NCBI RefSeq assembly: GCF_022045235.1
Contig: NW_027266274.1
Location: 3,782,001-3,846,000 of the forward strand
Length of the DNA: 64,000 bases
Direction: 5' to 3'
DNA from: Haliotis cracherodii
Lineage: Eukaryota
Made by a program: the position numbers and the translations under genes. The notes under the pieces were generated by a model. That model did not search any database. It had not been told where the DNA came from and worked only from the letters and a program-made list of their open reading frames with translations. The stretch's first letter is position 1. Every line of letters starts with the position of its first letter. This document shows positions 37,501-52,180 of this stretch, piece by piece.

Positions 37501-40500
37501 TTTTTGCCAATAACATAAATTATGATAATCATGATGATATCTTAGATTGTAGGATTACAAAAGAAGAAATTATGTCAGCGATCCGTGCATTGAAGAACAA
37601 TAAGGCTTGTGGGTTGGATGGTATTTACAATGAGTACATTAAAAGCTCTATTCATGTTATGATGCCGGTTTACGTAAGGCTTTTTAACCTCGTTTTTGAC
37701 ACTGGAGTTTCACCTGAAGCTTGGCTTGTTGGCAAAATAAAACCAATCTACAAAAACAAAGGAAACCAAGCTGACCCAGACAATTACAGAGGCATTCTAT
37801 CCTGAGCTGTTTAGGTAAATTGTTCACTACACTATTGAATAATCGTTTACAAGCTTACTCAGTTCAGACTAATCTAATAAGCGAAGCGCAAGCAGGATTT
37901 AGAAAAAAATACTTTTTACAATTGACAATATGTTTATTCTTAAAGCTCTCATTGATGTCTATAGAAATCTTAATAAGAAGTTGTATTGTGTTTTCGTCGA
38001 TTTTAGCAAAGCTTTTGATACAGTATGGAGGTGTGGTCTGTGGACAAAAAATGATAAAGTCTAATATCAAAGGAAAATGTTTTAATGTCATATATAATAT
38101 GTATCAAAATATGAAATCTTGTGTTTCACATAATAACAAGGTGTCAGGTTTCTTCCCATGTCAAATTGGTGTAAGACAAGTTGAAAATGTGTCACCTTTC
38201 CTGTTTGCTTTGTACCTTAATGACCTTGAACAATGATTTTGAAGGACTGCATAATGTAATAACCTTTTAATAGATTCACTTGAACTGTTAAAAAACCTTT
38301 TTCTCATTTTGTATGCCGATGATACTGTTTTAATGGCCGAAAGCCTAGAAGATTTAAGAAAGTGCCTCACTATATTTGAAGAATATTTCACTATCTGGAA
38401 ACTTAAAGTCAATCTTGACAAAACGAAAGTTGTTATTTTTGCCAAGCGCTCCACAAATAGTCTTCAGTTTTATGTCAAATGGCTCGATTTTTCATGTTGT
38501 TAAAGAATATGTTTACCTTGGTATTTTATTTACAAACACTGGTAGATTTTGTAAGGCCCTAAAAAGACTGACAGATCAGGCATCTAGAGCAATGTACGCT
38601 GTATTTCGTAAAATTAGAATATTAGAAATTCCTATTGACTGTCAACTGAAATTATTTGATCAACTTGTTCAGCCAGTATTGTTATATGGATCTGAGGAGT
38701 GGGGTTTTGAAATTGCTATTGTAATTGAACGTGTACATCTTAAATTTTGTAAATATATTCTCAAGTTAAAACAGTCAACACCTGATTACATGGTATATGG
38801 TGAACTAGGTAGGTATCCTCTCAGCATTTTCATCAAGATAAGAATGATTTCATATTGGTGCAAGCTAACATCATCACCAACTAGCCTTTCTAGTATAGTA
38901 TATAAACTTATGTTTCAAATGTCCTTTGCAAATCCAGATTACCATTTCCCACTATTAAAAGAAGTAAAATGCATTCTTCAAAATATAGGCTTTAATTACA
39001 TTTGGTTGTCTCAAACCTTTACTAGTGCCGCATGGTTGAAACAAAATGTGAAACATGTTCTCATTGATAATTTTCTGCAAAGATGGTGAGAATCAAAGGA
39101 AAATTCATCTAAAGGTTACTATTATAACATGTTTAAAGAGTTACCATCCCTAGAACCTTATTTCCTAGAACTACCAATCACCTTACGCATCTCTCTTGCA
39201 CGTTTTAGAACAGCAAATCATAGATTACTCATTGAAACAGGAAGATGGTATAATATTGTAAGAGAGGAAAGAAAATGTACATTGTGTAAAAATTTAATAT
39301 GTGATGAAATGCACTTTTTATTAGAATGTCCAAAACTCTCAGAAATTAGAAACAAGTTTTTGCCTCAATTCTACTGTATGTATCCTTCTGCCATAAATTT
39401 CTCTCATTTGATGTCCATTACTTATAAGCCAATTCTATTAAAACTGGCAAGTTATATAAGATCATGTATGGAAATGTTCCACAGACATGTTTTCTCCTAT
39501 TGTATCTAATTCCTGTATCCAATTACATCTCTGTATCACTGCCGTGATTTACGAGAATAAACATCATTCATTCATTCATAAGTACCGTTAATGCATTCAC
39601 TGTATTGTCTGGTATCTCAAGTAGCTAAAGACAGCTGAACACAGACACTGTAACATGTTGTCTTTCTTCATTCAGCGCACAGGGGGGGGGGGGGGAGGGT
39701 GTATTGACTTGGTGCTTACTACAAATAACTAAATATTTGAAAGTTTTCTCAAGTTTTAGTTACTTGTGAATACATACCTCTATGATAATGAAGGATAAAA
39801 TTTTGAACTTATTATCAATGACAATGTAGTTGTTTTGTTTTATTTGCGAACATCAGTTAGCGCTTGTCTGCAGATTTTGTTTGTTTGTTTAACGCCACAC
39901 TCAGCAATATTCCAGCTATATGACTGCCGTCTGTAAATAATCAAGCCTGGACCCGACAATCCAGTGATTGACATGAGCATCGATCCACGCAATTAGGATA
40001 CAATGACATGCATCAACCAAGTCAGCGAGTCTGACCAACCAATCCCATTAGTTGCCTCTTACGACAAGTTTAGTCGCCTTTTATGGTAAGCAAGGGTTTC
40101 TGAAGACCTTTTCTACCCCGGATCTTCACATCTGCAGAAATTATGACGTGTAAACATGAGCAGATATAGGGTCCTTGCAGACTTTGCTGACGCAGCTGTA
40201 ACACAAATAATTGATCAGTTGCAAGGAATATATAACTTACTATATAGTACACAAAGATAGGAACGTCATTATCTAATATAAAACATACATTAATGTTTTT
40301 GCAAGGAATTTATCTTCCAATACTGAACAAGAAATGAATATACTCAAACCTAAGGTGTTTTCTCCTTTAATTGTGCTAATGGTAAAATCTTTGTTACAAA
40401 TGTCATCTTGATGACAAACTTATATGATTCCATAAAATTGAGTGGACCTTTCATGATATTCAATGGTATCATTGGCATGCATTAGTACTGACTGATAAGC

Positions 40501-43500
40501 AGCCATATACAACATATGGCAAGATAATGCAGGGATTTACATTTGTGGTATAATGATATGGCGATACAGTATTACATCGCGATATGGGGCAAAATACATT
40601 AATTTTCTACCCCTTTGTCGTGATACATACAATACATTTCATTACAAGTTATATACTTGTTTAAAAACATGTTAGTAATAACAGAAACTGTTCAACCACC
40701 AGATTCGCCAGTATTTCATGGTTTCCACAGAAACAGCATAACATTCACTGTGAGCTCTAGCCAATATGTTTCTGCCCTGCAATATCCAATCTTTGATCAC
40801 TGAAATGTTATAACAATTGATTCAGGGTTGGAAGAATATCAACTTGGGAAATATAACTACTGTATTGGGATATGAATCATATCACACCCATAGTATCCGG
40901 ATATGTATCATGTCGCTACCCCATCATATCATTACACCTTTAATTTACATAGGGCGATCTACTTAATACGTATAGCACTGCACATGACACGAAGCCATAA
41001 TCTGATCATAGCTTTTCTGGTTTGAAACCATACTTTCTGATTTAGGTGGAAAATCAGCGATGGACTGACTTAACTTTGATTATTTCTGAACAGAATAAAA
41101 ACATTTTATTTATATGACCTGATGTTTTGTATCTGGTAAAACCCTGTAGAGATTTGAGAATGAATTCCCTTTGATCAGGTTATGGACTGTTTCTGTTTCA
41201 TAAAGATACTGTATGTGTATCTCAGATTGCAGTTGTGATGATGTGTGTTTCAGAAGTCTCACAGAAGTATGTGATCTGCAGCGTTTCCGTTATTTAAGAT
41301 GCTTATGGCTGAATGGTAATAAGGTAAGTTATGGCGGCTGGTTGTTGAGATCCAGTTATAAAACTCAAACATACACAGAGAAGGGGTGAAATTTCGACAG
41401 ACAGGCCATCTACTTTACATTTCAGCAAGCCCTTTGTAATTTTAACTGACTTGGTTAACTTGGTTGATGCATTTCATTGTATCCCAATTGTGTAGATCGT
41501 TGCTCGTGATCGATGCTCGTGTTGGATTGTCTGGTCTGGGTCTTTAAAGTACTATTGTGACATCATTATTGCTGCATGTTAAAAATTGAAGGAAATGTCT
41601 AAATGAGAAAGTGTTAGACTAACATCTAGTCTCTGAAATGAACACATCTTACATAAAAAATCAGTTGTTCAGTTATCTTAATAAAAATATAAGAAAAAGG
41701 ACTCCTGATACTGCAGTGATCTAGACTAGCCAAACATTATAGACTTGCATGGGCTGTATTTGATATATATTTGTATCAGGGTCTGTAAGACAGACTAGAG
41801 AAAGTGTGTATCTTTTTGTTAAATTAATAGGACTTTATACGGAAATTATGTTTCTTAAAGAGTAAGACTTTATACCTATGTGAAAAACACATTGAAATTA
41901 GATACTGTTAATGATACTTGTTTGCACAAATGTTGACACGGTGTGGGATTTCCTTATGTACCTCTAGTCCACCATAGTGAACTGTTGATTTGTGTGCATT
42001 GTAAACAAGCAGAAAGCACAGTGACCCAATTTCTTGTATTTCATTTGAATAGTTAGATTAAATTATTTTCTAAAATATTTATTTATGTATGTACGTTATG
42101 TCATCAATTATGATTTCTGAAGATTCCTTTTACAGCTACGGCAGCTAAATTGTTTGAGTGAGAACTACCAGCTATCAGAGCTGTACCTTCACAACAATGA
42201 GCTGGTTGATATCACCGGGGCTTTCCATCACTTGACGTGTCTGCAAGTCCTTATGCTGCACAACAACCAGCTCACAAAGCTTGACCGGATCCTCACCGAG
42301 ATTAAGAAGATGCAGAGCTTGAAGACACTTAGTGAGTGCTAAAGCTGACTTAACCTGGGCATTCATCATTTATGTCACAGTACAATAGTATCCCCGATAT
42401 TATACTCTAACACTCGCTTCATGCAATAGTGCCGCTTGACCCTCAGGTACCTCAAGACGTGGGTTTGTGGGCTTTTAGTGGAAAATGAAAAGCACTGTTC
42501 CCTATATATACGCACATAGATATTCTATTCAGTGAGTATTTGACTCTCAGATAAAGGACTTGTGACATTACTTCATGAGGATTAAAAGGAACAGTTGCGA
42601 GAACAACAGGTCTTGGCTTCTTCCCCCATTTTCCCGAGGCAAGTCCAGTTTCCACTCTTGCCGAACTAGGATGGAATTATGGAGTTATGTTTTGGCTGGA
42701 CTAACAAGTCTATGCGTAGTCCAATCAAAATCACACATCAAAATCGACATCCAGTTTATGAAAAACATGACGACTGCCATGCAGATTTCAGTCGATTGCA
42801 GGGTATTAAGAGCAAGTGTACCGTCAACGGGGCGTCACCTGATATTTTCCAAATCTTTTCATGTTTTTAATCAAGGTCCTCAAGTGATTCGATGCACTTC
42901 GCGAGGTAAACCTGGTAACCTTGATTATCAATCAATTTGTCCTGACTGGACCCTGCCATTTTGTTATAAGAACATGTAAGTGATAGGAGAGGTGGAATCT
43001 GATCGGTCAATAGCAGGGACATGGAAGGGACATAACTCAGGTGGCGCTTCCATCAGACCTCAAAATTCCAGCCTAGTTTGGCAAGTGTGGAAACTGGACT
43101 TGTACAGTCAGTTAACTCCCTTGCCTCAGGAAGATGGGCTTCACCTCAGTATTTGTTCTCACAAACAACTGTCCCTTTATATCCTGATAAAGTCCTGACA
43201 CTCATCCTCATATATAGTATAGTTGTTTTATCAAACACTATTGTTTTATACAGTGTTATCTTTACTATGTATATAACACTTTATGTTTGTAATGTCTTTT
43301 TATATCACAACACTCTTTCACTTTCTTTTCATTTGTTCTTCAGACTTATTCAACAATCCAATGGCTCAAGAAAGTGGTTACAGGCTCTTTGTGGTGCAGT
43401 CTGTCCCATCTGTGGATCTCTTGGATAGAAAAGGTAAAGAGTGTGACAACATGCTGCATTTGTCGCCATTAACATAAACTGGCCACACAATGAGACTACC

Positions 43501-44985
43501 ACCAAGTTAAAATCTTTATTTGTATTCTTTGATTGTGTTGTTTGAAGCCTTTAGCCAAAACTAATTTAATGAGAGGTCACTTAATATATTCAGAGCAAGT
43601 AAATAATGTATGAGACCAACCATGAGATAAGGGACCTTATGGGTAAAAAATCACATGTCTTATGACTAATTTTTATGACTTGTAATTTCTAGTACGCTGA
43701 CATAAATTTGTGAATTCAAGTTTATCTTTGTGTACCGAGATGTGTACAATACCATATGAATGTAGTTAGGTTGGGGTTTTTATGTTGTTGATACTAACCC
43801 AGCTAAGTAATTGTCTTACAAACTAATTTTCACAGAGGTCTTAAAGTCTGAGCGTGATAAGGCGAGGAAGATATATAATCAAGAACAAGAGAAGATCAGC
43901 GACACTGTTGCCTTTGGTCGTAGATCAGGTGGTCCCCCATTGCCGAGCTATAATCCCCTTCACATTCACATCCCAGTCAGAGCAGGTGAGTCCCAGCACT
44001 ATCACAAACAGAGATAGTCTGACCCATACTCAGAACTTATAGCTGGACAAGTAGTTCACCACAGAACAGGATACTCTGAAAAGTATGCTCATACAATATA
44101 TTCTCATATTGACAGTAACAGCTGTTTTGTATAGTTTGCTCATGTCAGTTTGTTGAAGGATGATATGCAATCATGATATATAAAAAAGTATGAACGAAAA
44201 GCACCAGAATGACTAGTTGTGTTGATGTGTCTAGTTTTCAGTATTACTTGTTACAGAATCTAGCTATCTGATTAGACATAGAAGCCATCAGGCCAGCTTG
44301 GTGGTTGGGAAATCACTTGCTTGGCCTTATTCACACTTTGACTTACACGCTGAGAGTCTGCTGACAAGATAGATCTTATTGTCACACACAAATGTCACAG
44401 AAAATGAGTATGGACTCTCTGTTTGTGAAGTAATGTAACACTAGCGGAGCGTACAGGATTTCATATCATGATGAATTGTCTACCTTGCAGATCCTGGAGA
44501 TATTGGCAACAGCTACTTGAGAGAGTGGTAGGTGTATTTGGAAAATAGGACATGTTAATATGGTTCTCACAACCCTATGTTATAATATATATGTGGCAAA
44601 TGGTAATTACTTTTGAAAAACGAGTCCTTGCCTGAAAAGTACGGTAATAGCAGTGAATCAGAAATTTCTGTATTTTGCGAGACAACAGAATTAAAGGTCT
44701 TTCAGACAGGATGTTATTTAAGTGAGACAGCTTTAATCCTCATTAAAGAAATAATAAGAATGTAAACAGAATCTTTGCTAGACTTGTCAAAATATAAATA
44801 TCCTATTTTCTATTGGCAGCCCGCCTAATGAAGACCCAGAAGAAGCAGTAAATGCACGTCGCCTGAACAAATCAATCACAATTTACACTAGCTTTGACTG
44901 GTCAAAGGTTCCCCGAATAAAAGCTCGAAGAACAGCTGAAGAGATGTTTGACTCTCCAGAAATCATCACACATGTGTATCGATGA
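34558..44985 (+). CDS. LRRC72: Leucine-rich repeat protein, LRRC72-like (~266 aa); exons 34558-34575, 34971-35044, 41254-41323, 42136-42331, 43344-43433, 43836-43985, 44491-44527, 44820-44985
   Basis: Continuous spliced frame of 801 nt: MAASEKVLKQLL…DVEELYLSDKSLTEV…LWLNGNKL…LYLHNNEL…LMLHNNQL…LNLFNNPMAQESGYRLFVV…LLDRKEV (LRRcap)…FGRR…FDWSKVP. All introns are GT-AG. Confidence 0.85.
35206..35835. mobile_element. Non-autonomous DNA transposon/MITE with ~45-bp imperfect TIRs
   Basis: ATGCCTCCATTTCAC…ATCCCGAATCACCCTGAA is inverted to TTCAGGGTTATTCGGGAT…GTGAAAGGGGGGCAT. Confidence 0.65.
36310..39579 (+). mobile_element. 5'-truncated, frameshifted non-LTR retrotransposon (CR1/L2 group) in LRRC72 intron 2
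   Basis: APE endonuclease motifs (YIPP, GDMNCR, VVDYCIV, SDVH), RT motifs (KACGLDG, DNYRGI, QAGFR, GVRQ, YADD, YVYLG) and a C-terminal NHRLLIETGRW…C..C…DEMHFLLEC. It ends with AATAAA plus a (CATT)n tail and carries several stops and frameshifts. Confidence 0.95.
41615..41797. mobile_element. ~160-180-bp non-autonomous element with a 9-10-bp target-site duplication; second copy at 52592-52751
   Basis: Two homologous copies, each running TAGA…CAGACTA. They are flanked by direct repeats GAGAAAGTGT (41605-41614/41798-41807) and CCCCTCTAT (52583-52591/52752-52760). Confidence 0.8.
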
Positions 44986-46810
44986 AAAAAGATGGTGATT
45001 ATGTCTGGAGATACAGGCTACTAGTAAATATTACGACACTGCTGTGGTTTATGCATTCACTCACTTGCAAGATGACCAGCTGTATTCAGACAGTGCACTC
45101 AAGCCTGTCACAGACCTCAGAGCTCAGTATTCATATGTTGTCTCTTCAAACAGTTCCAATTGAATGTAACTTTTTAGATTTGCACATTCAATTACAATGA
45201 TCAAAGGGAGACAACTCCATCTCATATTTGATCATCATGGTCTTACTTCTCTTCAGTTTGGTTCTTATTGGTAGATCTTACTATGATTCTGTTCATTTGT
45301 ATACAATGGCCAGTAGGGTGATTTCTCTTTACAAAATCAATAATGTCTTAGAAATCAACAAAGTTATTTTTCTCCGTCACTGAACATAATCATGAATGTC
45401 TGATTCCAGTATGGTCTCACCTGATTTTGTGCCTTTGATGCAGTGATTAACTGGTGATTTCCTTTCCTGATTCATTGTTTTAGTGTAACCACGGTTATTG
45501 TCTGTGTTACTGAACAAATCAACACTAGGTCATATGTTTGTTTTGAAGTGTTGGTATTTTGAGTTTGTTACAAGTGAACTTTCACGTTTATGTCTTCATT
45601 GAACATTACATAACATGAGATACTTCACCGAATTTAATACAGTACTAGCCAGTATTACACACAGTTTTCCAGTCTGTTTCTCAGTATTATTCAAAGAATC
45701 AAAGAATGTCAGTATTGGAATACTCTAGGCATTTCATGTGATATATTTTTAACATATGTATATTTGATATTTGTATGATTATTCTATTATGTACAAAAGT
45801 CTACATATCCAGTATTAACATTGATGTGATTTGATGCTGTAACAAATCTGTTCCCTACTTACAGTATTTAGTAGTACTTATTGATAATAATTCAGTTACG
45901 TAACATCTATATCTACTGACCAATTATGTTATTTATCCTTTTATACAAACATTTCTTAAAAATTGTATATACATGTTTACTCTTACAGAAATACAGAATT
46001 TGCAATATAATTAACACATAAAAATTTATATATTTAGCATGTTTAGAATGACTGCTTCTACAAATGCATTTTGTTTCTACCATTTCTACATGGCTCTTGT
46101 CCAATTATTTTACACATGGCATTTCTGTAATAAAATATGCATTGCAACACGTCTTCTGAATCTTTTCAAAAGGTTTCCAGTTACATATTTCAACATGTTA
46201 AAGAAAAAAGAAAAGAAAGAGATTGTCGATCACAATTACCCAAGCCTCTCACCCTTTTACTGTTTGTCTCAGTAAAGACACAAGAACATATGTAGTGTCA
46301 TGTGTATGATAGTCCATTTATTTACACAATTCCAGTCATACAAACACAATTAGTCCTCATATAAGCCATCCACTCCTTACAGTAGAACATAGCATGATTA
46401 ATACAAGACATTGTACACACACAAACACCCTTATGAGCTAAAAAAACCCTGACTGGTAGGTAATGAAAACAGATAATCTACCAACCAAACTGAGCTGCAC
46501 CTGCAAGTACTGCGGTCACATGTATGTACACATTGTCACTGTAATAGGACTGATTCCCATCATCAGGTTTCATGGTTACGCTAATGCATCACTTTCTCTG
46601 AGAGGGATATACAGCCAGAATACTTCCTTGATGTCACAGAAACTATGTTGAAACAACTCGCCAACACCACGGGTAAGTCCTGACGTCGCTGAATCATCCC
46701 TCATGTAATATTCATTTATGGCAGTCAAGTTGATCCATTGCGATGCAATCGGAAAGCAGAGGAATCATTCCTCATCCTTGCTGTAAAGTTGAGTAACACA
46801 ATGTCCATGT

Positions 46811-49800
46811 TCACACTTCAAGGGCTTTCAATATTGCATCCCTCTCCTTCAAAGCTTTCTGTGCTCCATCTTTTTCCTTTTTTGTTGGTGTTTTCTTCTT
46901 CTGTTTAGCTGCCTGAATCTTTCGGTAGGCTTCCATCACCTAGACAAATGCCATCTGAGATTTTTAGTCAAGTCTCTACGTAATATCCAACCAATACCCT
47001 CCCAGAAAATACTACGAGATCAACTCTGATAACTTAGTGTCAAGTACACACGAACACATTCAGTGAGAGTGAATGTAGTTATATGCTCAAGTCACCAATA
47101 TTCCAGCTACATAAAAGTGCAGTCTGTGACTTAAGCCACTTGTCCGAAGCTCATAAAATACAATTTTTTTTAAATTATCCTGCATTGCTCCTTAGACATC
47201 ATAATGTAGGATAAGTATACGAATATATAAAATATTTAGATATTACTAACATGGTAACACTAAAAGTTTGGGCACTCAGATGTTTTGGCACAGACTGAAA
47301 GTGGCTTATAAAAAATAGGGTCAGGGCCTGGCAAACCAGGAGCCGAAGACTCACTATCCGTCAGGTCATACAGGGTGAGTGCAGAAGGTTGATACCTAGG
47401 CAGCACATGGCCAGGGCATGTTTTTTGATTAAAACATGATTCATGGGCATGACCTTGACTTTTCTCGCGATATGTGGCACACTTCACTTGACTCACAAGA
47501 ACTTAATGACGTCAGACCAGGTTCTGAAGCCTGATCATGTTATACTAATCATTGATTGATATTTCCTTGGAATGACATTTGATTATTTGAACTTTTCTTT
47601 TCACAATAGGAATGTCAGTTGAAAGTAACATGGATGACACAGTTATATTTGTTTTAAGGATTCAAACAGCTGCATCCCAAGGGACTCGCGCTGAATAATA
47701 TTTGCCTCCATTCTCAATAATCTCCAATAATCTTTTGTGTATAGAAAATAATATATTGTTTCTGCAGAAACGTCGTTCCACTAATATATATGTATCATTA
47801 CATGTTGTAAGGAAGATCACAGATGAATGATGTTTTCAGTGATGGTCACTTGTCCAAAGACGATCCACACTCTGAATCTGTAGTGGCCAGCTGACACGTT
47901 ATCTCAGCTCTCAATGTAAGTTATGTCAGCTCTCAATGTAAGTTATCTCAGCTCTCAATGTAAGTTATCTCAGCTCTCAATGTAAGTTATGTCGGCTCTC
48001 AATGTAAGTTATCTCAGCTCTCAATGTAAGTTATGTCAGCTCTCAATGTAACTTATGTCGGCTCTCAATGTAAGTTATCTCGGCCCTCAACACTAAGGGA
48101 CCAAGGAGGGGAAAGACTTCTACTGACCTCTGCATCAGCTGCTGACAGCTTCTTTCTCATCTCCTGTCTTGCCATCTCTTCCTTGGCAAGCTTGTACAGT
48201 GTTTTGGTGATAGTTACATTTCGCTGGCTCAATGCCTTCAGTTCCTGTTGCTTGCGACGCAGCTCCGCAAGTATCTCATCATCTGGGTTGTCTTCCACCT
48301 TGTCATCTATCTCTATTAAACCTGGAAACGAGACATCCGTACTGGCAAGCCCTTTGTACATCATCACAAACAAACACATAACTATGATGATGACACAACA
48401 CACCATCAGCGCACCCAGACACTTAAGACAGAAGGCTTTAACTGGACTCAAAAATAACGTAATTTCACCCCAACCCCGTCAATATCTGAGGTTTTGTTGT
48501 AGATAAATATTTAAAGTAGATAACATGACTGTATGATCTAATTCATTGTCATCATACTGAATAGGCTTGAATCATTGCTTACGCTATCTCAATCACTTGG
48601 GTGAATGTGTTCTTGCCCAGCATTCAACAATGTTCCTGCGTTATCATTGCCGTCTTTATAAGCAGTTGGAAATATTAAATATGATCCGAAGTCGACCCAC
48701 CTTGTTCCTCTAATTCTCGTTTAATCCTCCTCTCTAAGTGGGCTGGGTTGACAATGTTCAGCTGTTTCGCCAGCATGCGTGGGGAGATGGCGGGCGCCTC
48801 CTCAGCCGACTCTAAACAGAGGAGTTGCAAACGATCACTGTTTAATTTCTAGAGTCACAGCAGTTGATTCACATCAAAGAAGTGACCGAATTCAGCTGAC
48901 AACAACAGCAACAGAGCAGCACTGACCTTTGCCCCCTGCAATGTCCGCCAGGGAGTCATCTATAGGGGTCATGATGTTCTCCTCAATCAGCGCAGCCACC
49001 AGGCGCTGGGTCAGGTGTCCGAACGGGGACTCATCCAGGTTACTGGTCAACAACCACAAGCACATGTTACAACATATCAAAATCTCAACAATCACAAGCA
49101 TGTTACAACGTATCAAAATCTCAACAACCACAAGCACATGTTACAACGTATCAAATTCATTTGGATACATTTACAATCATTCCTTTAAATAAACTGCAGC
49201 TTATTGTGACATATAAATCGCCAGGTATATTTACCACAGGACATAAGGACCCATACAAATTTGAAACTGCGGGCCGAACACAAGATCTACCTGCCTACCG
49301 GCACGTGCACATTTCAAAGCTGCTTACTTTGCTTCTGCCTTCTTGAGCAATGTGGCTGTTTCAGTGGGACTCATGACAGAGTTGTTGTGATTGGAGTTGG
49401 AGTTTCGCTTCTTGTCATTGATCTTAGCACCTGCAACACAAACCCACTGACAGTAACAGGGGAAATATTCAACAACACACACAAGAACAGAGACACCACA
49501 GAGTGACTTCATCTTCTTAATGTAGTCAGTTAACGTACATCTCTAACTATGGTAACCTTCCTGTAACCTAACAATAAGCCAATTATGCGAGCATTATACA
49601 CCTTCCAAACTGCAAGAATGATGTTCAAGATGGGAGTCCTAGTGTCATAGGATGAGTCTTGTCCAGCTTTCTTTCTATAACACTGAAGTGATTCCCGGAC
49701 AGGATAGGATAACTCCCTAAGCATATCAGAGCAGGCTAAACATCCTCCTGGGACCCCCTCCCCGACCCATCCCCAAGCTGCTGTGATATAGCTACACCCT

Positions 49801-52180
49801 GGGAATTCCCCCCATTCTGCTCACCATCTCGCTGCTCCTCCTTGAGGTCCTCCTCCGCCCACTTCTCGGCGTAGTGTTTGCCCAGGGCGGGGATCTTGTA
49901 GTATTCACACTCGTCCTCATGTGACTTCAGTATTTCCTCTAGTAATTTCAAATCCTCATTTGAGATCTCTGCACAGTAAGGCTCAACCGACACCCAGAAG
50001 CGGTTCACAGCATCATTCTTTGGCAGTTTGGGCAAATCGGCTGGAGAGTCCACAAAATCAAATTCCTGATTCTTGGACTGAAGCAGTATCAAATGTACAT
50101 TGCATCACACTGACAGTATGTTCTGGCAATAATACTATGACAGTTCATTTAATAGGACTTGTTGCTTATACACATCTCAAAACGAGTAGATATTGTTACA
50201 TCAGAATCTTTTCATCAACAGATTTCTTGAACTTTTGAGTTTTTGGAAGTAGTACTGTTGTTGCTTAAAACAAACATACACAATACCATGATTAAACAAT
50301 TCCGCCTAGTCTTGCATCCTCATACCTGTGCGACCTTGCTCTTTGGTCTGCTCGGTGGGGGTGGGGTAACACTTGAACCTTTGCCATTACTGTCTTTGAA
50401 CTTTTTGCTGGGCTTGTCCTCGCCACCTCCCTTTCCCCGCTTGCCAGATGTGGGAGTCTCTGGTTGCTGGGGGAGACGACAAACATTGACATTTGAAACC
50501 AGTCACCATCGTCTGTCATTGTTAGCATTTCATAAACATGTGCTATTACAATTGCAAGTATGATTCAAAACTTAAAGAAGACATTTTGATATATTAAGAT
50601 TGGAAGCCCCAAAATTACGCCAATGAAACTCCCTTACAGTTCACAACACCCCTTTTAAAACATGTACAGCACTTTGACTTAAACTTGCATAGAAACCCAC
50701 ATGTTCAAATAATCATTCTTGCTATTCCTTACAGACTTCACACAAACACATCATAGTCAGCCAGTTCATGATTAGCACGACCATGTAGGCCTGTTTTGGG
50801 ATAAAGAAGTGCTTGGAATGAGCTACTTTAAAAGATACATGGGGAGAATAATGTGTCCACAAAACAACACATCTCATCCAAGGGTAACAACCATAAAAGA
50901 AAATCCTAACAGGTATCACATATTTGTCATAATCTTCACATTCTTGTAAGCATCAACATCTTGAGAGTTGCTGGGTCACAACTCATCTACAATCTCTGGA
51001 AGCCTGATTCATGTTACTGAAACAGTGATTCACACGTCTAGATTTTTTTATGTTGTTCAATATAGGAAACACTAACCTTAATTATGCAGCATCAATGTCT
51101 GAATTTCAAAGAGGGTACTTATTGCAGTGTTGCTAGTGTAATGAAACAAATCCACAGACATAGCCTCTGACAGAAACAATGGCCATTACCTGTTTGCCTG
51201 GTGTGGGCTTCTTATCCTTCTTATCCTGCCAGTTAACCAGGGTCTGTATCTCACTCTCCAATAGCTTCAGCCTCTTGCCTGCAGCCGCCAGCAGTGTTTC
51301 CAGGTCAGTCTGGATACTGCTCATCTCATCAATACTCACCCCATCCTCCTCACTCCTCTCTAGAACTGTACATGGATACAAGTAGGGCATGGTGAGGTGT
51401 TGTCATGCCTCTGGAAAAACTGAAGGGGATTACCATATTCGACGTAATAAGCGCCCTCTCTAATAAGCGTGGACGGCGATATTTGCTTATATGTTGGCTA
51501 GTGAACAATCCCAATTAACAAACCTTCTGACTGATCAATGTACACAAGACTTATTTATTCGTTCATAATACGTGTGTTATATGCATCCTTAATTATGGGA
51601 AATTAAATTCTGGAAAAATATATCTGTCATATATAAACATTTCAGGCCGTCACCATAAACCACGAAATTTATGATCTTTCAACTCTGTTGTTTTTCACCA
51701 AAATAATATTATTTTAAGAGCTCCCTATTTCTAATTTTGAGAGCGCCCTAGGTGCTTATTATGTCAAATATGGGAATAAAAATTTCCTGTATTGAGAGAG
51801 TGTCTTGAAAGGTTATTTTCAGAATGGATTGACATGTGTTAATGTTATTACAGGTGAGTGTTCACATTTGAGGCTTGAGTTTGGAATGAATAATGAATCT
51901 GAAAACAGATCTTTATTTTTATGCTATGCAAAACACAAACTCTGGACTTGAAGATGTTGTGGGGTCCTTTGATTAAAAGACTACAGCCAATACTTTAGGA
52001 GTCTTTGGGTGATCTATCATCTCTTAACACTGCTCTAATAATGCAGCTTCTCACTATCAATACTGTACCATTAGTAAGCTTTGGACAGTCTTTAGTATGG
52101 TCAACAGGCTGAAGGTCTGGGAATTGTAGAGGACAGCAATCTCCCTTTGATTCCTGCATGCCTTTGCCTTTACCTTTCAT
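46811..52180 (-). CDS. TADA3: Transcriptional adapter 3 (SAGA/ATAC HAT module), ~444 aa; exons 52180-52069, 51365-51190, 50466-50326, 50077-49825, 49430-49328, 49042-48927, 48811-48701, 48321-48128, 46939-46811
   Basis: Continuous frame of 1335 nt. It has the hallmark segments CPLQFPD..PVDH, IQTDLETLL, PKNDAVNRFWVSVEPYC, IPALGKHY..WA.ED, PFGHLTQRLVAALIEEN, DDEILAELRRKQQELK and VMEAYRKI. Confidence 0.96.
47898..48078. repeat. 22-bp minisatellite, ~8 copies
   Basis: Unit GTTATCTCAGCTCTCAATGTAA. Confidence 0.93.
51431..51775. mobile_element. MITE with ~25-bp imperfect TIRs (Tc1/pogo-like ends)
   Basis: TACCATATTCGACGTAATAAGCGCC is inverted to GGTGCTTATTATGTCAAATATGGGAA. Confidence 0.6.
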